From Eledone cirrhosa (Eukaryota), in the NCBI GenBank assembly GCA_964016885.1, contig OZ024743.1:131936001-132000000 (forward strand): 64,000 nucleotides of DNA, read 5' to 3'. Each line of letters begins with the position of its first letter. Within the stretch, counting starts at the first letter, position 1. Made by a program: the position numbers and the translations under genes. Positions 61,750-64,000 of this stretch are shown here, piece after piece. Under the pieces are notes generated by a model. That model saw only the letters and a program-made list of their open reading frames with translations. It made no database searches and had not been told where the DNA came from.

Positions 61750-63560
61750 GCGCTTGATTTGGTGCTTGGTGCTTGGTGCTTGGTGTTTGGTGTTTGGTGC
61801 TTGGTGTTTGGTGCTTGGTGCTTGGTGCTGGGTGTTTGGTGCTTGGTGTTTGGTGCATGGTGCTTGGTGCTTGTTGTTTGTCGCTTGTTGCTTGGTGCTT
61901 GGTGTTTGGTGCTTGGTGCTTGGTGTTTGGTGTTTGGTGTTTGGTGCTTGGTGTTTGGTGTTTGGTGCTTGGTGTTTGGTGTTTGGTGCTTTGTGCTTGG
62001 TGTTTGCTGCTTGGTACTTGGTGCATGGTGTTTGGTGCTGGGTGCTTGGTGTTTGGTGCTTGGTGTTTGGTGCTTGGTGCTTGGTGTTTGGTGTTTGGTG
62101 TTTGATGCTTGGTGTTTTATGCTTGGTGCTTGGTGTTTGGTGCTTGGTGTTTGTACTTGGTGCTTGGTGCTTGGTGTTTTGTGCTTGGTTCTTGGTGTTT
62201 GGTGTTTGGTGCTTGGTACTTGGTGCTTGGTGTTAGGTGTTTGGTGCTTGGTGCTTGGTGTTTGGTGTTTGGTCCTTGGTGCTTGGTGCTTGGTGTTTAG
62301 TGCTTGGTGCTTGGTGTTTGTTGTTTGGTGCTTTCTGCTTGCTGCTTGGTGTTTGCTGCTTGGTGCTTGGTGCTTGGTGTTTGGTGTTTGGTGCTAGGTG
62401 CTTGGTGTTTGGTGTTTGGTGTTTGATGCTTGGTGTTTGGTGCTTGGTGTTTGATGCTTGGTGCTTGGGGCTTGGTGTTTGGTGCTTGGTGCTTGGTGCT
62501 TGGTGTTTGGTGCTTGGTGTTTGGTGTTTGGTGTTTGATGCTTGGTGTTTGGTGCTTGGTGTTTGGTGCTTGGTGCTTGGGGCTTGGTGTTTGGTGTTTG
62601 GTGCTTGGTGCTTGGTGTTTGGTGCTTGGTGCTTGGTGCTGGGTGGTTGGTATTTGGTGCTTGGTGCTTGGTGTTTGGTGCTTGGTGCTTGGTGCTTGGT
62701 GTTTGGTGCTTGGTGCTTTGTGTTTGGTGCTTGGTGATTAGTGTTTGGTGCTTGGTGCTTGGGGTTTGGTGTTTGGTGCTTGGTACTTGGTGTTTGGCGC
62801 TTGGTGTTTGGTGTTTGCTGTTTGGTGTTTGGTGTTTGGTGTTTGCTGTATGGTGTTTGCTGTTTCGTGTTTGGTGTTTGCTGTTTGGTGTTTGGTGTTT
62901 GCTGTTTGGTGTTTGGTCTTTGGTGCTTGGTGTTTGGTGCTTGGTGCTTGGTGTTTGGTGTTTGGTGCTTGGTGTTTGGTGTTTGGTGCTTGGTGCTTGG
63001 TGCTTGGTGTTTGGTGTTTGGTGTTTGGTGCTTGGTGTCTGGTGCTTGGTGTTTGGTGTTTGGTGTTTGGTGCTTGGTGTTTGGTGTTTGGTGTTTGGTG
63101 TTTGGTGCTTGTTGCTTGGTACTTGGTGCTTGGTGTTTGGTGCTTGGTGCTTGGTGTTTGGTGCTGGGTGCTTGGTGTTTGGTGCTTGGTTCTTGGTGCT
63201 TGGTGTTTGGTGTTTGGTGCTTGGTGCTTGGTGCTTGGTGTTTGGTGTTTGGTGCTTGGTGTTTTATGCTTGGTGTTTGATATTTGGTGCTTGGTGCTTG
63301 GTGTTTGGTGCTTGGTGCTTGGTGTTTGTACTTGGTGCTTGGTGCTTGGTTCTTGGTGTTTGGTGCTTGGTGCTTGGTGCTTGGTGCTTGGTGTTTGGTG
63401 CTTGGTGTTTGGTGCTTGGTGTTTGGTGCTTGGTGCCTGGTGCTTGGTGCTTGGTGTTTGGTGCTTGGTGTTTGGTGCTTGGTATTAGGTGTTTGGTGCT
63501 TGGTGCTTGGTGTTTGGTGTTTGGTGCTTGGTGTTTGGTGCTTGGTGCTTGGTGTTTGGT
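61750..63560. repeat. Paralogue of about 40420-42250 (copy B, offset about 21.3 kb)
   Basis: Same private markers as copy A. The offset drifts 21328 -> 21279 -> 21314 in multiples of 7 (ORFs 41462/62741; ORF ends 42174/63488). Confidence 0.9.
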
Positions 63561-64000
63561 GTTTGGTGCTTGGTGTTTGGTGCTTGGTACTTGGTGCTTG
63601 GTGCTTGGTGTTAGGTGTTTGGTGCTTGGTGCTTGGTGTTTGGTTTTTGGTGCTTGGTGCTTGGTGTTTGGTGTTTGGTGCTTGCTGCTGGCTGCTTGGT
63701 GTTTGGTGCTTGGTGATTGGTGCTTGGTGTTTGGTGCTTGGTGTTTGGTGTTTGGTACTAGGTGCTTGGTGCTTGGTGTTTGGTGCTTGGTGCTTGGTGT
63801 TTGGTGTTTGGTGCTTGGTGCTTGGTGTTTGGTGCTTGGTGCTGGGTGCTGGGTGGTTCGTGTTTGGTGTTTGGTGTTTGGTGCTGGGTGCTTTGTGTTT
63901 GGTGCTTGGTGCTTGGTCTTTGGTGTTTGGTGTTTGGTGTTTGGTGCTTGGTGCTTGGTGCTTGGTGTTTGGTGCTTGGTGCTTGGTGTTTGGTGCTTGG

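Larger units (their letters stand above)
1..64000. repeat. Heptamer tandem satellite array (TTGGTGY)n, ~9,100 monomers, running off both window ends
   Basis: Seen directly: continuous TTGGTGC/TTGGTGT monomers from position 3 to the end. Only point-variant monomers (TTGCTGT, TTGATGY, TTAGTGY, CTGGTGY, TTGGTAY, TTGGGGY etc.) and rare 1-2 bp indels interrupt them. No inversion or non-repeat insert was seen. Confidence 0.99.

Noticed and set aside
738-62745. CRISPR-like reading: recurring landmark as the repeat, intervening C/T patterns as spacers
   Set aside because: Intervals are hundreds of bp to kb long, variable, made of the same monomer and duplicated among themselves. There is no leader and there are no cas genes.
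17-63488. Hundreds of + strand ORFs encoding WCLV[LF]G[AV] repeats that look like membrane proteins
   Set aside because: A stop-free 7-mer gives the same heptapeptide in all three frames. The ORFs overlap in every frame, mostly start at TTG/GTG, and end wherever a variant creates a stop. There is no unique domain or frame preference.
1-64000. C/T order as a functional code or synthetic data storage
   Set aside because: The pattern is accounted for by nested duplication plus scattered point mutations of all types. I see no framing, adapters or evidence of a reader.
1-64000. Canonical telomere repeat, Drosophila virilis heptamer satellites, or cyanobacterial STRR heptamers
   Set aside because: The monomer differs from TTAGGG, TTTAGGG, TTAGG and GGGTTYA, and from AAACTAC-type satellites. 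STRR-type bacterial heptamer tracts are short and lie between genes, unlike a gene-free array of 64 kb or more.
1-64000. Fungal RIP signature from G->A variants (TTAGTGY, TTGGTAY, TTGATGY)
   Set aside because: The vast majority of CpA/TpG sites are intact, G->A also occurs at the non-CpA position, and transversions are common.
1-64000. Whole window as a sequencing or low-complexity artefact
   Set aside because: Rare variants recur in collinear order at several nested scales with graded divergence, which random error would not produce. Exact copy numbers of the youngest blocks still need read support.

Overview
The whole 64 kb window is one uninterrupted, single-orientation tandem array of a 7-bp monomer, TTGGTGY (TTGGTGC and TTGGTGT in roughly similar amounts; RCACCAA on the - strand). 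That is about 9,100 monomers. I see no unique sequence, gene, RNA gene, transposon or CRISPR array. Every ORF in the track is a by-product of a monomer with no stop codon on either strand: + gives WCLV[LF]G[AV] heptads and - gives TKHQ[AT]P[SN] heptads. The real structure lies in the order of C/T monomers and rare variant monomers, which works like a barcode. It reveals nested higher-order duplications of 224 bp, ~2.1 kb, 2.8 kb, ~3.8 kb, ~4.7 kb and ~5.6 kb, three near-identical 5.7-kb tandem copies, and a ~1.8-kb block repeated 21.3 kb away. It also shows two sub-domains that switch near 40.4 kb, a landmark dimer (TTGGTGA-TTAGTGT) recurring throughout, and islands of a third monomer, TTGCTGT. 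The best reading is a eukaryotic-type simple satellite (centromeric, pericentromeric or subtelomeric) amplified by recombination. I cannot assign the organism or function, and I find no support for a protein-coding system. Coordinates and counts were made by eye and from ORF-track offsets, so block edges are approximate.
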